64,000 bases of DNA from an uncultured virus (IMG/VR IMGVR_UViG_2875459517_000006) (lineage: Duplodnaviria; Heunggongvirae; Uroviricota; Caudoviricetes). The notes below the pieces were generated by a model. That model was given only the letters and a program-made list of their open reading frames with translations, did not search any database and was not told where the DNA came from. Below, piece by piece: positions 38,473-49,592 of the stretch (positions within the stretch are counted from its first letter, which is position 1; each line of letters starts with the position of its first letter). A program made the translations under genes and the position numbers. The stretch is from positions 1 through 64,000 of IMG/VR virus record IMGVR_UViG_2875459517_000006. One strand, 5' to 3'.

Positions 38473-41400
38473 CCCTCCTGTGTCGTATCTTTAGTCCGTG
38501 CATAATAAAGCGTCTTGATTCCCTTATGATGAGCGTATAAGTCAATCCGGTTCAGATCGCGCGTCGTCATCGTATCTTTCAAGAACAGCGTAAATGAAAT
38601 ACCTTGATCGACGTGCTGCTGAATCGTTGCGATCATATCGACGACTTTGAACATATCCATGTCGTACGCTTCCTTGTAGAAGAACCAATTCTGCGGCGAT
38701 AATCCCGGCATTGGATAATACGTCTTCGAATTGCCGTACGTACGCTCCTCGATGCGCTCCATAATCGGCATGACCGACGCCGTTGCCGACTGCACATACG
38801 AAATAGACCCCGTTGGCGCGATCGCAAGTCTGTACGAATGATAGAGTCCGTGGAGCATAACGTTAGCCTCCAAGCGAACCCAATCGATGCGCTTTGGAAT
38901 TTCAACGCCTTCAAACAGCTTCGCGACCTTCTCCGTTTTAGGACGGAAATCTTCTACGACGTACTTATCGAAATAGCTACCGTCCGCATACGTCGACCCC
39001 TCGAATCCTTCGTACGTGCTGCCGGTTTCTTTCGCTAATTCATTCGAACGCACAAGCGACCAATAATTCACGAGCGCGAAGAATACGTTAGCGAAATCGC
39101 GCGCTTCCTCCGATTCATAAGCGATACCATTCTGCGCTAAATAGCCGTGCAAGTTCATCGCTCCGAGCCCGATCGAACGCATCTCCCGGTTAGCTCGCGC
39201 AACAGCCGGCGCGTTCTTGATATTCGATGTTTCCGAGACTCGCGTGAGGGCATCGACAGACAGCTTAACGATCGTTTCGAAGTCACCGTTTTTCATAACG
39301 TTTGCAACGTTGAGCGATCCGAGGTTGCACGAAATATCGAGGCCGATTTCGTCCGGTTCGCCGTAGTCGGTGTACTCCGATACTTGTGACGCCTGAAGCA
39401 CCTCCGAGCACAGATTCGAAAATTTAACCTTCGATACGTGACCGTTCGCGTGCTCTGCGTTTACGTTACCTTCGAACATGATGTACGGATAGCCCGATTC
39501 AGAACGCAACACGGCGAGCTTTTCGAGAAGCTTGCGCGCATCGATTTTGTCTTTACGGACGGCCGGATTATCGAGGAGCTGATCGTACATCTCTCCGATA
39601 TCCATTTCGTCTAAGTGTTGGCCATACGCTTTGTAAACGGTGTGCGGATAGAAAACGTAAGCCGGCCGATTCTCTCGCGCCAGTTCGATGAATTTATCCG
39701 GGATAACAACGCCGATGGACAACGTTTTGACACGGACGTCTTCATCTGCCGAGATTTTCTTCGTATCAAGGAAATCGTTAATGTCCGCATGGAATACGTT
39801 GAGATAAGCCGCGCCCGATCCTTGTCTTTGCAGACCATTCGGACGTGTTCGCTAGGCACGCCCCGCCTTCCGGCTGCTCCGTGTTACCACGAAGATTAGA
39901 CTATATCTTCGCCCGCTTGGGGCGCCTCCCGTTTCGACCGCCTATCGCTTGCGGCCTACGCCTTTCGGCTAGTCGTTGCACGTTCAAGACGTTTGGTCCA
40001 GATGATTCCACCGTTGCCTACAACAGATTTTATCTACGATAGACTTACTCGCGTATGAGTGCTTAATCCGAACCTCGTTGAGTGAGAGGCCGCTGCGATA
40101 ATCCGAAAGTATTTCCCGCGCTTGTTCCTCAGTGATTTTTGATGCTGGATGACGCGCTCCTTTCCGCAAAAGACCCGTTCTTGATGCATGTTGCGCATTC
40201 TCTTTCGGAGTTACCCATTCTAGGTTTTTGATATCGGCGTTTGCTTTGTTTCCGTCAATATGATTAACCATCGGTAAGTTCTTAGGATTAGGAATAAAAT
40301 GCAGCGCAACCAATCGATGTACCTTCCTCTCGAATCGAACCTTGTTTCGAAAGAGGACTACCTTTAAATAGCCTGATCCGTCAATCTTAGGTTTTACTTC
40401 GGTCATTGTTCTCAAGTTAACCACGCGGCTTAGGCTGGTAATTCCGTATTCAGGTATCCCGTTTATTGGTTTTAGTTCTTCACCATTTTGTAATTCGAAA
40501 GGTATCTTTGTCTTCCTAAGCCCCATACGTATAACTCGATGATTAATCGCTTCCCTAGATACTCCTAATATCTCACCGATTTCTCTAGCACTCATCTTGT
40601 GGTAATTTTCGCGAATAAAATCTTCATCTATCTCCAATTTGTTGTGAGGTTTCCGTCTTGCTTCGCTCATGATTGTCCTCCTTTAGTAGTTTGTGGCCCT
40701 ACCGCTTCGAGGAGTTCCCATGAATTAAAGAGGTTTTCGATCGCCATTACTGACGAAAGGGGCCAATTTAACCCATCTGATCCGCATATCTGAACGCATG
40801 GTCCAGCAACTTCATTACGCCGACTACGCCCTTCGTCGCGTTCTCTACGTCTTTGATCGCCTCGCCTTTCGCCCGCAGCTTCGATAAATTAAGCGACACG
40901 CCGCCGCCGAGCTTCGAAAGCTGCATCGAAATATCAATTGCGCGACTAATATCGTTAAGGGAATCGTTAACCTCGAGCAGGAAGCAGGAAACGAGCTCGC
41001 CCCGACGCTTCCGGCCCGCATTCAAGAACGTCGGCGTTGACGGTTGGTATTCTTGTCGCATCATCAAATCTACGTACTCGATCGCCTTGGCTGCGTCTCC
41101 TCCCGCAAAGAACAATGCGACAATAGAAGCGCGATCTTCGTAGCGTTCGAGAATCTTTTTGCCGTCGTTCGTCTTCAGCGCATAGTCGTTATAGAATTTG
41201 AACGCGCTCATGAACGAAGGGAATCGGAACTTGTGCGCATAGGCCGCCTGATAGACCGCCTTGATTTCGTCGAACGTATAGGCGTCAAGGAATTCGGTTT
41301 CGTAGTAATCGTTCTCGCGCAGATAGTCGAGCTTTTCGCGAAGGTCGTGGAAAAATACGGTGTTTTGATTTACGTAGTCGATAAAATAAGCGCGGACGGC

Positions 41401-41490
41401 TTCGAGATCCTTTTCGAATTGGAACCGGCCGTCCTTCTGTATCATGATTTCGTTATTAAGTTCGATATAACTTGCGTGTTTATTCGTCAA
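38451..41490 (-). CDS. nrdE: Class Ib ribonucleotide reductase alpha subunit, split by an intron: exon 1 41490-40771, exon 2 39830-38451 (699 aa spliced)
   Basis: Exon 1 ends YADQMG and exon 2 resumes QRQGSGAAYLNVFH in frame; SNLCSE, CNLGS, KTLYY and C-terminal CLSC present. Confidence 0.95.
39831..40770 (-). mobile_element. Group I intron (940 nt) in nrdE
   Basis: 5' exon ends in U, intron ends in G; R-like GCAACGACUA and S element AAGAUAUAGUC near the 3' end; contains an HNH ORF. Confidence 0.93.
39984..40670 (-). CDS. Intron-encoded HNH homing endonuclease
   Basis: 'VHRLVA..FIPNP.NLP.VNHIDGNK.N....NLEW.T..EN..H', flanked by HTH-like domains; AGGAGG RBS. Confidence 0.9.
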   Translation of the reverse strand: MSEARRKPHNKLEIDEDFIRENYHKMSAREIGEILGVSREAINHRVIRMGLRKTKIPFELQNGEELKPINGIPEYGITSLSRVVNLRTMTEVKPKIDGSGYLKVVLFRNKVRFERKVHRLVALHFIPNPKNLPMVNHIDGNKANADIKNLEWVTPKENAQHASRTGLLRKGARHPASKITEEQAREILSDYRSGLSLNEVRIKHSYASKSIVDKICCRQRWNHLDQTS

Positions 41491-41836
41491 GCGCGTTCAC
41501 CCTTTCGATAAATTGTCGTACATCTTCGTCCGTTCCCGCCAATTCAAAGCGCCCGAATATCGGCACGCCGTATTGTGCCGCTATCACATCGGCAGCCTTT
41601 GCGAAGTTATCGCCCCAGTTACGGTTCCCCGACGCAGCCACGCCCGCAAGATAGTCGCTGTTATCCGCAAGGAAATCTGAAACCGTGCCGGCGACCTGAC
41701 CGAAGCCATACGTACCGGTCACGCAAACGAACGGCTCGGCGATCATCAGCCCCGGCTTAATTTCGACGGCTGCTAGGCCGGTTTTAGCGACGAATCGGCG
41801 GACGTTGCCGGTCAGCGAATAGTAAGCGATCAGCAT
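41480..41836 (-). CDS. nrdI: Flavodoxin NrdI
   Basis: YSLTGNVRRFV, SGNRNWG, FELAGT. Confidence 0.93.
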   Translation of the reverse strand: MLIAYYSLTGNVRRFVAKTGLAAVEIKPGLMIAEPFVCVTGTYGFGQVAGTVSDFLADNSDYLAGVAASGNRNWGDNFAKAADVIAAQYGVPIFGRFELAGTDEDVRQFIERVNALDE

Positions 41837-41840
41837 ACGA

Positions 41841-42857
41841 TCACCCCTTCCGTCTCTCAATTTCCGCCACTACTTCGTCCAGCCGCGCCTGTGTCCGTTC
41901 GCGCTCGATACGCTCTTCGATCAGTTTCCGGTCGTGGAAGCTGATGGCGGTTTCGCTTTCGATCAGTTTTTCGTTAAGCCAGCGTCTCATGTTCCGCAAA
42001 CCTTCGTCGGTCGCTCCGTAAATCATTCGGCCGACCTCGCCTTCTCGCGTTTATATGCGCGGTAGGGTTCGACGATCAGCCATAAGATAAAACGGACGAT
42101 TCCGTAAAGCCCGACGAGAAGCAGGCCGAATACGGCCGCTACTGTAAGGATCGCTTTTGCTACGGGAAACTCCGCGGACCAAATCATTAAGCTAACGAAC
42201 ACCAAATACGCCGCACCTGAACATATCCACGAAAGTGTTTCGAATAATCTCCGCTTAAACATTCGCATCACTCTCCTAATTCGTCTTTGTACCGTTCATG
42301 TAAAGTGTCTGCTAATACCTTAGCGTATACAAGAAATGCATTGACAAAATCGGCCTCTTCTTGTGTTATAATTTCATTTTCTCTGCCCTGTTTCGCTTGA
42401 ATTTGTTTAGTTAAAGCAACTGACGAATTAATAAGAGCGTCGAATACCTCTTGCGCAACAGTCATATCCGGAGTATCCTCCATTCGCATCATTCCGCCTC
42501 CTTTACCGTCATTATGTTTTCGTAGCTCGACATGAATGGAATACGGAAGCCGACCGTCTTGAATTCGTATGTTTTACCGACTTCAATCTCCGCGTACAGG
42601 TCGCTGGAATTAAACTTCCGCGCAAATATTGCATCGGTATTTTCGAACACTTTTGCGTTACCTTTCTCGTCATCTCCGAAAATCAGATACTTCGAGGAAT
42701 CTTTGGAGGTTTTCGTTTCTTTATCCGTTACCTTTATTACGTAAGTGTTTGCGTTATGGTAAGACGCAATTGTATATGCCGGCGCCGCTACCACGAAAGC
42801 AAACACAGCCAGCGCAATCCCTGCGATCGTTCCCCATTTAATTAAGCGCTCCATCAT
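41841..42857 (-). other. Four small hypothetical genes (41841-42026, 42023-42271, 42268-42492, 42489-42857), two with TM segments
   Basis: Overlapping start/stop chain; the last has an N-terminal anchor and resembles DUF1523-type proteins. Confidence 0.6.
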
Positions 42858-43387
42858 TCCGCCTCCCCCGGTTTTATAATCTTCTCGCGGACAAGATACG
42901 AAAGCCCAATCGCAACCGCATCCGATTCGTCATCTGTCCGAAACGTAAAGTCGGCTGGAAGCGAAAGTATCCGCCGTACTCCCGCCTCAACTTCGTCTTT
43001 TGATGCGCTGCCTTTTCCGGTTACGTCCTTCTTAACTGTTGTCGGCGTGATCTCGACATCCGCCTTATAGCCGTATTTACCGAGCGCCAAGTCGATGACA
43101 GCCCACGCACCAAACACCGTTTGTGTCGATCGCTTATTACGCCCTTTCGTGTAATGTTCGCGGACGACAACGTCGAATGGTCCGTGTTCGTGCAGAACCA
43201 TTGTCGCTGCGGCCTCGATATAGGAATAACGGTGACTATCCGGCGACTGGCTCGTCGTGCTGACAGACGTTACGTGTACGAGATTCACGCGCGGACCTGA
43301 CTTCAGCCGTTTGACTTCGAGGACCGCGAAGCCGGGATTAGTCGATATGTCTAACGCGAGAATGCGGATAGGCTTGGCGCTAGTCAT
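42854..43387 (-). CDS. RuvC-like Holliday junction resolvase
   Basis: ILALDIS..PGFA, VVRE, 'P..VKK..TG.G.A.K', DESDAVAI. Confidence 0.88.
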   Translation of the reverse strand: MTSAKPIRILALDISTNPGFAVLEVKRLKSGPRVNLVHVTSVSTTSQSPDSHRYSYIEAAATMVLHEHGPFDVVVREHYTKGRNKRSTQTVFGAWAVIDLALGKYGYKADVEITPTTVKKDVTGKGSASKDEVEAGVRRILSLPADFTFRTDDESDAVAIGLSYLVREKIIKPGEAE

Positions 43388-43540
43388 CTAATACCGCCTT
43401 CCACCCTGCGATGAGCCCTAGAAGAATAGAGATAGGAAACGATAGTGTGTCGCCAGCTTCCGGATTCATCAGCGAAATCGAACCGTTAATGATAATCGAA
43501 AGCAATACCGCAATTAACGTGTAAAGAATAAACCGCGCCA

Positions 43541-44602
43541 TCAGACCGCCTCCCCTTTGCGTACTTTTTCGATAAACTCAAGCGCCCCGGCGTACTGCCT
43601 TTTCGTAGAATCAAAGACGTTCGACCGTTTGACTCGCGAAACCTTATCGCGGATGGCTTCCAGCTCGGCCGCCGTAAGTGACTGCGCAATAGCCGTTTTG
43701 TATCCGTTGAATGTCCAGCCGTTAAGGTCGACCGCCATTGGCTTGCCGTCGTCAATCGAATTCTGAATTTCTACGAATCTATCGAGTAGCACATCGATGT
43801 CTTCGCGTCCGATTTCGAGGCCGAACGCCCGGATGTCCGGCGACTTTTCGAATTCCCCCTCATCGTACTCCCACGCTTTCTTCGATGCGTTTACGTAGAG
43901 GATCACGTATAAGTCGACGCCATACATCTCCGCATAAGCGACACACTGCTTAACGTGTTTTTCATCCGGCTTCTTCAGCGAATAGAAAGACGTACGGGCC
44001 GCGCTCGTTTGCTTCGACTTGATTTCGAGGCCTACGCGCAATACTTCGCCATCTACGGTGACATAGCGCATAATACCGTCGCACGTTCCGAAGAGATGAA
44101 ACGTCTTGCCGGCGCGCTCGATCTTATGGTTCCGCTTGGCGAAGTCCTCGAACATCGGCGTACCGTCCGGATTGCGTTCGAAGCGGAACGGGCAGGGGCG
44201 GCCGACTTTCTTTTCGAAATGTTTTTCCATGAAGAGCAAATCGCGCTGAATCACATCGCCTATTGCCGTTCCGATGCGAGTCCAGCGCCCCTGATACGGA
44301 GGCTTTCGCGTTATGTCTCGCGAATCGCCCAACGCCTTATGGTAAAGTTCACGCGGGCAGGCATTCGCAGAGGACGGCGAAAAATACGGTTTCTTCGGAA
44401 ATACTTTCGGAGCTTCTGCGTACCATCGGTGGATCTGCGCGTCCAATGCGTTATCCCACGTTTCCGGCAGCGAGTGCCATTCGTTTAGATATTCGATGAG
44501 CTCATCCGCAATCTGCTGTGCATAGCCGGTTGGTTCGGGCGGCGACGGCGCTAATTGGGCGCGCAGTGAGTTTGCGGCTGATCGTGCGTTTGCGTTCGTC
44601 AA
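43541..44602 (-). CDS. Cas4-like PD-(D/E)XK exonuclease
   Basis: 'FSPS.A..CPR', 'G.CDG', 'LEIKS', 'Q...Y'. Confidence 0.75.
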   Translation of the reverse strand: MTNANARSAANSLRAQLAPSPPEPTGYAQQIADELIEYLNEWHSLPETWDNALDAQIHRWYAEAPKVFPKKPYFSPSSANACPRELYHKALGDSRDITRKPPYQGRWTRIGTAIGDVIQRDLLFMEKHFEKKVGRPCPFRFERNPDGTPMFEDFAKRNHKIERAGKTFHLFGTCDGIMRYVTVDGEVLRVGLEIKSKQTSAARTSFYSLKKPDEKHVKQCVAYAEMYGVDLYVILYVNASKKAWEYDEGEFEKSPDIRAFGLEIGREDIDVLLDRFVEIQNSIDDGKPMAVDLNGWTFNGYKTAIAQSLTAAELEAIRDKVSRVKRSNVFDSTKRQYAGALEFIEKVRKGEAV

Positions 44603-45517
44603 TTAAACCGCCTCCCGTTTCGTTTCTTCCTCGATAATTTCGCGCACAAGCACCGGAACATATTTTCCGATTGCCTTACGTACAGCTTTTTCTTCGAAGT
44701 CTTGCGGCAAACTGTCGGATTCTTCTTTAATAAGGTCGTCGTGTACTCGGCCTCCTAAATGCGAGAGGATTACGCCCATGTCCGATAGATCGAACTTCTC
44801 TTCGATAACCCCTTCGTCCACCATCTTTCGTAGGAGTTTATCGACACGTCCTTTCGTTGCGAACGTTCTTACAAATGTTTGCTCGGCGTTTAATTTCGCA
44901 GGATCACGCGGAGCTTTCTGTGGCTGCATCTCTCTGAACGAATCACTGACGACTTTTACGAAAAGTTGCTTGCCGAAATTATCGCGATAGCTTACGTTTT
45001 TCACAACAACACCCTCGCCCCCGGCCGACTCATTCGCTAGTGCACTGCGCCCAACAAAGTTTTGTAAATGATCGAAGCCGCGATATTTACCTGCGTAAAG
45101 AATAGGGGCCAAAGTAAGACCAAGCCGGAAAGCCTCTGCAACAACGGCAACATGTGAGAGATAAAGTCCCTCTTTCTTGTCGTAAATATCGAAGAGGTAA
45201 AATTCATTCTTATTAACACCGTAATCAACCTTGTGCTTAACGAGCCATTCTCCGAAGTAGATGTAATCGCTGTTGAGGTCCTCCGGGTCGATTTTCTGCG
45301 TATATTCATAGAACCCCCGTAAGTTGTTCTCGCTGTCTAGCTTCCTATTACGCGAAAAAGCTTCCATCTCATATGTGTCAGGATTGAGCGTGAACGATGC
45401 ATTCGCTCCGTCCAGTTTTTCGTAAACAACTACGTAATCATTCTCAGTCAGAACGCCCTCAGTAGTATGATGACCAAGGCGCACGATATCCGTATACTTT
45501 TTCATTTCGCTCATCAA
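44603..45517 (-). CDS. RNA ligase (Rnl2-like nucleotidyltransferase)
   Basis: EKLDGAN, FGEW, FDI, EGVVVK, 'K.V...F.E'. Confidence 0.8.
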   Translation of the reverse strand: MMSEMKKYTDIVRLGHHTTEGVLTENDYVVVYEKLDGANASFTLNPDTYEMEAFSRNRKLDSENNLRGFYEYTQKIDPEDLNSDYIYFGEWLVKHKVDYGVNKNEFYLFDIYDKKEGLYLSHVAVVAEAFRLGLTLAPILYAGKYRGFDHLQNFVGRSALANESAGGEGVVVKNVSYRDNFGKQLFVKVVSDSFREMQPQKAPRDPAKLNAEQTFVRTFATKGRVDKLLRKMVDEGVIEEKFDLSDMGVILSHLGGRVHDDLIKEESDSLPQDFEEKAVRKAIGKYVPVLVREIIEEETKREAV

Positions 45518-47670
45518 ACCGCCTCCTTGTTTTTAAACCATTCGTCCACCGGAAATCCTTCGCCCCATCTTCGGCTGATTTCAATATCCGTCTTATTCGG
45601 CACATCTAGCCGCAATGTATTTAGCATCACCGCCTCGAAATCCGCTACATCATCACGCGTTAAAGTTTCCGGAGCATAAACGGCAACTTCGTCGTGTACC
45701 GAGAAAGCCATCGTCCATCCCTTGTGGCGGCATAGCTTCTGTAATTCGATCATCGTTAGCTTCGTCTGTATGGCCGCGCTGCCTTGGATAATCGCGTTTG
45801 TAGCTTGGCGCATTGCTCGGAACTGTGTAAATCGGTCGCGCGACTTAGCTTCCGGGAGCCTACGCTTTCGTCCGTGAAACATTTGAACGTATCCGTAACG
45901 CTTTGCAAATTGCTCGTTGCCGTCAATCCACGCCTTAACTTTCGGGTATTTCTCGTAGAACTGAGCGATAAAGTCCTTCGCTTCCTTCTCCGTTATGCCC
46001 AGCTGATCGGCAAGTGTTTTCGGGCCAGTTCCGTACATAACCGCGAGTATGCCTGTTTTCATCATCTTCCGATACTTAGAACCGTCACCGCATTCCTCAA
46101 TCGGCAAGCCGAATAATTCGCTGGCAGCCGTTGAATAAAGATCGCGTCCTTCACGGTAAGCATTTACGAGGACTTCTTCGCCAGTAAAATGTGATAGAAA
46201 TCTCGGTTCCTGCTGCGAGAAGTCACCGGATAAAATAACCTGACCCGGAGGAGCGACGAATAACTTACGCGCAAAGTACGGCTGGTTTTGTAGGTTCGGA
46301 TTGTTCGAAGAAAAGCGTCCGGTCACGGTGCCCGTTTGATTGAAATTACCGTGAATGCGCCCGTCTGCCTTTACCTGTTGCGGCAAAGCTTCGATATACG
46401 TTCCGAGCAGCTTCGTCTTCTCGCGATAAGATAACAAGAGCTTAATTCCTTCGTGATGTGGCGCCAGTAATTTCAACGTCTTAACGTCAGTCGATTTCTT
46501 GAAACCCTTCGGCAAGTAACGGTCGAGCTTTAATTCATCGAAAAACTTTTCCGATAGCTGTGCCGGCGAATTGAAGTTAATCTCGCCGAAATGCTTACGC
46601 AAACCCTCTTCGATGTCGATCAGTTCCGCTTTCAGCTCGGCGCCTAACGTTTTAGCCTTCTCGATATCCAGTACGAAGCCAGCTGCCTCCATCTCGACCG
46701 ACACACTGATCGTTGGATTCTCGACTTGTTCGTAGTATTCGAGCAGTCCAATCTTTCGTAAGTGTTCGCGTTGGAAATTACGTAATTTGAGCGTAACGTC
46801 ACCGTCCTTTGCGGCATATGCCAGCGCAACTCTTAAATCGGCGACTTCGTGAAAGCCGGCCTTACCGAATAACTCATCGTATGTCTGCGAAGGAATGCCG
46901 AGATATTTAGTAACGAGATCCTTTAGTCGATAAGATCCGCCAGTCACGCGCTCATTTTCGTTAAGAATATGCATAGCGAACTGCGTATCCCACGCTAAGC
47001 CACGCAGCGTAACGCCTTCATGTGATAACATGTGAATATCGAATTTGCCGTTATGCGCGATCTTTTTAACGGAAGCATCTTCGTAAATCGGCTTCAGCTT
47101 CTCCATGACGTAAGCGTGCGGTAGCTGTGGCGCCTCTGTAACGTGCTTAGTCGGAATGTAAGCGTGTATGTTCGACTTGACTGCACTTATCACGTTACCT
47201 ACAATCCGGTCTTCCCACGTATCAGCGCCCGTCGTCTCTACGTCGAATACGATCTCTTCTTCGTCAGCCAGCAGCGCCAGAAATTCGTTGAAACGTTCGA
47301 CATCCGTAATCAGCCAGTAATTATCCGGCGTATTCTCGACCATCTGCCGCAAGGTTTCTTCGCGCTGGGCTTCTTGTAACGTCTTCCATAGCCGGAGTGC
47401 CTCCGCCTTGCTGAACGCCTTAGGATTGCCGGCCTTGTTCACGCAGTCAGCCGGATCGCGCGCTAGTTTGCCCGCATCCATGGCCGCCTTGACTTCCGTT
47501 ACCCTTTTGCGATCGGCATCCGATAGTTTCATCGCGAATATCTTCCGCCAGCTTTCCTCGATCGGCTCGGCGGTCTTGGCTTTCGCCTTCCGCTTGGCCG
47601 TCGCCTCTACTGCGTCCGATTTCGGAGCCGCCGGCTTCAGCGCGTTCATATTTAACCGTAAGCCTTCCAT
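45514..47670 (-). CDS. Family A DNA polymerase with 3'-5' exonuclease
   Basis: FDVETTG, HNGKFD, TGRFSS..PNLQN, DFSQQEPR, K...LA.MYG, VHDE. Confidence 0.95.
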   Translation of the reverse strand: MEGLRLNMNALKPAAPKSDAVEATAKRKAKAKTAEPIEESWRKIFAMKLSDADRKRVTEVKAAMDAGKLARDPADCVNKAGNPKAFSKAEALRLWKTLQEAQREETLRQMVENTPDNYWLITDVERFNEFLALLADEEEIVFDVETTGADTWEDRIVGNVISAVKSNIHAYIPTKHVTEAPQLPHAYVMEKLKPIYEDASVKKIAHNGKFDIHMLSHEGVTLRGLAWDTQFAMHILNENERVTGGSYRLKDLVTKYLGIPSQTYDELFGKAGFHEVADLRVALAYAAKDGDVTLKLRNFQREHLRKIGLLEYYEQVENPTISVSVEMEAAGFVLDIEKAKTLGAELKAELIDIEEGLRKHFGEINFNSPAQLSEKFFDELKLDRYLPKGFKKSTDVKTLKLLAPHHEGIKLLLSYREKTKLLGTYIEALPQQVKADGRIHGNFNQTGTVTGRFSSNNPNLQNQPYFARKLFVAPPGQVILSGDFSQQEPRFLSHFTGEEVLVNAYREGRDLYSTAASELFGLPIEECGDGSKYRKMMKTGILAVMYGTGPKTLADQLGITEKEAKDFIAQFYEKYPKVKAWIDGNEQFAKRYGYVQMFHGRKRRLPEAKSRDRFTQFRAMRQATNAIIQGSAAIQTKLTMIELQKLCRHKGWTMAFSVHDEVAVYAPETLTRDDVADFEAVMLNTLRLDVPNKTDIEISRRWGEGFPVDEWFKNKEAV

Positions 47671-48025
47671 TCGTCGTCCTCCTTCCTCGCGTAATATATA
47701 CCGCTTATTCGCTCATTATTACGTTAAGGCATCCGAATACAAAAACGCCTAGAACGCACGTTACAGTAGCAAACACATCCATGTTCAATACGCACTGTCC
47801 GGCAATGAATGCCATTAATACACCGAACACAAACGCAATCGCTCTCGGTAATCTCTTCATAAATCGACCGCCTCCGTCCATCTTCGTTTATAGTCCGCTT
47901 CGTTATCCGCATACCATTCCGACCAGCAAGACGGATCGCACGCATAAACCTCGAAGAGCGAATCGTAAATTGCGGATCGCCCTTCGTAAAGGTTAGCGTT
48001 ACATGCGGCGCAGACGGTGGCCGGC

Positions 48026-49306
48026 TTAGCGGTCAAAGCGCGCCTCGACTGGCGTAATGAGTTCGACTTTAAGAAAATATCCATGCACTGTATCCACGAC
48101 GGACCCACCAGAGGCTTGTTTGAGGACTTCGATAATATCCCCGTTTGCTACACGTCCAGCACACTTGTTGTCTACTACTCGCGCGATATCTCCTCTCTTA
48201 TACTCGCCAACCTTACGTCCAATCTTCGCCCACTTCGCTTCTTCGGCTTGCTTGCGCTCGATCTCGGCGACTTCCTCTTCGGTTAAAATTTCGAGCTGAT
48301 CTGGCGTTGCGCATCCGGACCCTCTAAAACAGTCGCCGCCTTCGATTCGAATACGTTTGCCCCTCCTCGGATGGTCGAAATTGTTATCGGAAACCTCGTA
48401 AATCTTACCGTTCTTGAATCCGATAAGAGGGAGCTTTCCGCCGCCTGAAAGCAACCGCACTTTAGCGCCTTTTTTAAATTTAGCGCGTGCTGCTTCGTCT
48501 TTAGCTTCGGCAACTTCTTCGTCAGTGGCGCGGACGAGTGATGCTTCTGAACGCCATTCCGTGTATTTACCGTCCATAGTTTCGACCTTAAAAGGAATGA
48601 TCGCACCCGTATCTTGAATTACTTTAACGATTTCTCCTTTTTCGGTGACAATAGCCTGACCGACCACCTTCGCATAATCACCGACCTTCAGGCGCTCAGG
48701 CTTCGGCTCAACTTCTACGCTTGCGGCGCTTACTTTTCGATAGACTTCGAATTCGCAATGGTCCAGAGAGTACGTATCAAATTCGTCTCCGTCATCGTCA
48801 GTGATCTGAGGATCTCCGTGCGAATCAACGTAATCAATTTCGTAATACTCGCCCGCGGTTAGATAAGTTCTAGGAGCCTCATCGAACTTAATATAATCGC
48901 CTTCCTGCGCTTCGCTTTTGTCAATCCGTACGTACCCCGCTTCACCCTTCAACGTAGCCATGTCGGATTTTAGCGCTTCGATTTCGCCTTCCGCGGAGCT
49001 GACGCGTTCTTCTAAGGACGGATCGGTGCAGGCGGCGACTTTGCGGAAGAGTTCGTAATCGTCGCCAAATCTAACCCGCCCAAAATCTACGTCGTCCAAG
49101 AATCTAACGTCGTCCGCATGGTCGGCATCATCCGTAATTTTGTAGAAAGCGCCGTAGGTAATATCGTAACCACCTTCCTCGGCCCGTACCAAATCGCCTT
49201 TCTTCGGCAAACCTTCCGCCTTCACATATTCCGCGCCACCATACGCAACCTTCGTAATTTCACCGTTCACCATATCGAGTGTCTTAACGCCGTTTAATTT
49301 CGCCAT
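48026..49306 (-). CDS. Hypothetical multi-repeat protein ('K.GD' SH3/KOW-like modules)
   Basis: AGGAGG RBS before MAKLNG; repeated modules. Confidence 0.65.
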   Translation of the reverse strand: MAKLNGVKTLDMVNGEITKVAYGGAEYVKAEGLPKKGDLVRAEEGGYDITYGAFYKITDDADHADDVRFLDDVDFGRVRFGDDYELFRKVAACTDPSLEERVSSAEGEIEALKSDMATLKGEAGYVRIDKSEAQEGDYIKFDEAPRTYLTAGEYYEIDYVDSHGDPQITDDDGDEFDTYSLDHCEFEVYRKVSAASVEVEPKPERLKVGDYAKVVGQAIVTEKGEIVKVIQDTGAIIPFKVETMDGKYTEWRSEASLVRATDEEVAEAKDEAARAKFKKGAKVRLLSGGGKLPLIGFKNGKIYEVSDNNFDHPRRGKRIRIEGGDCFRGSGCATPDQLEILTEEEVAEIERKQAEEAKWAKIGRKVGEYKRGDIARVVDNKCAGRVANGDIIEVLKQASGGSVVDTVHGYFLKVELITPVEARFDR

Positions 49307-49319
49307 CTGTTCGTCCTCC

Positions 49320-49592
49320 TTATTCGAACCAGCAAACAATTTCTGGCTCACCGTATTTAAAATCCGCCAAGTATTCCGCATATGTCATGTATTCAAATCT
49401 GCCCGTTTCCGTCTCGAATTTCTCCACCGTATCTGTATCAATCTCGGAAACTTCCGGCACTTCACCCACCGAATAGTGATTCGGCTCGATCAAACTTAGT
49501 TGATGCGCCAATGCTTGCTCCGCTGTTTCTGCCGCAATAATGTCGTAACAACCGTCTAGGCCGACTTTGAAGAGTTTATATTTCGCCATCAT
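49320..49592 (-). CDS. Hypothetical protein
   Basis: GGAGG RBS; coupled to the upstream gene. Confidence 0.6.
   Translation of the reverse strand: MMAKYKLFKVGLDGCYDIIAAETAEQALAHQLSLIEPNHYSVGEVPEVSEIDTDTVEKFETETGRFEYMTYAEYLADFKYGEPEIVCWFE

Noticed and set aside
38451..41490. nrdE as a pseudogene or intein-containing gene
   Set aside because: Group I intron boundaries restore the frame exactly; the spliced length leaves no room for an intein.
43541..44602. CRISPR-Cas association of the Cas4-like nuclease
   Set aside because: No repeat-spacer array or other cas genes seen in the window.
38197..44604. Shared AATTGACGAACGCAAACG at the starts of nrdF and the Cas4-like gene
   Set aside because: Both encode MTNAN from a TTG start; only two copies and not a LexA box, so insufficient support for a regulatory site.
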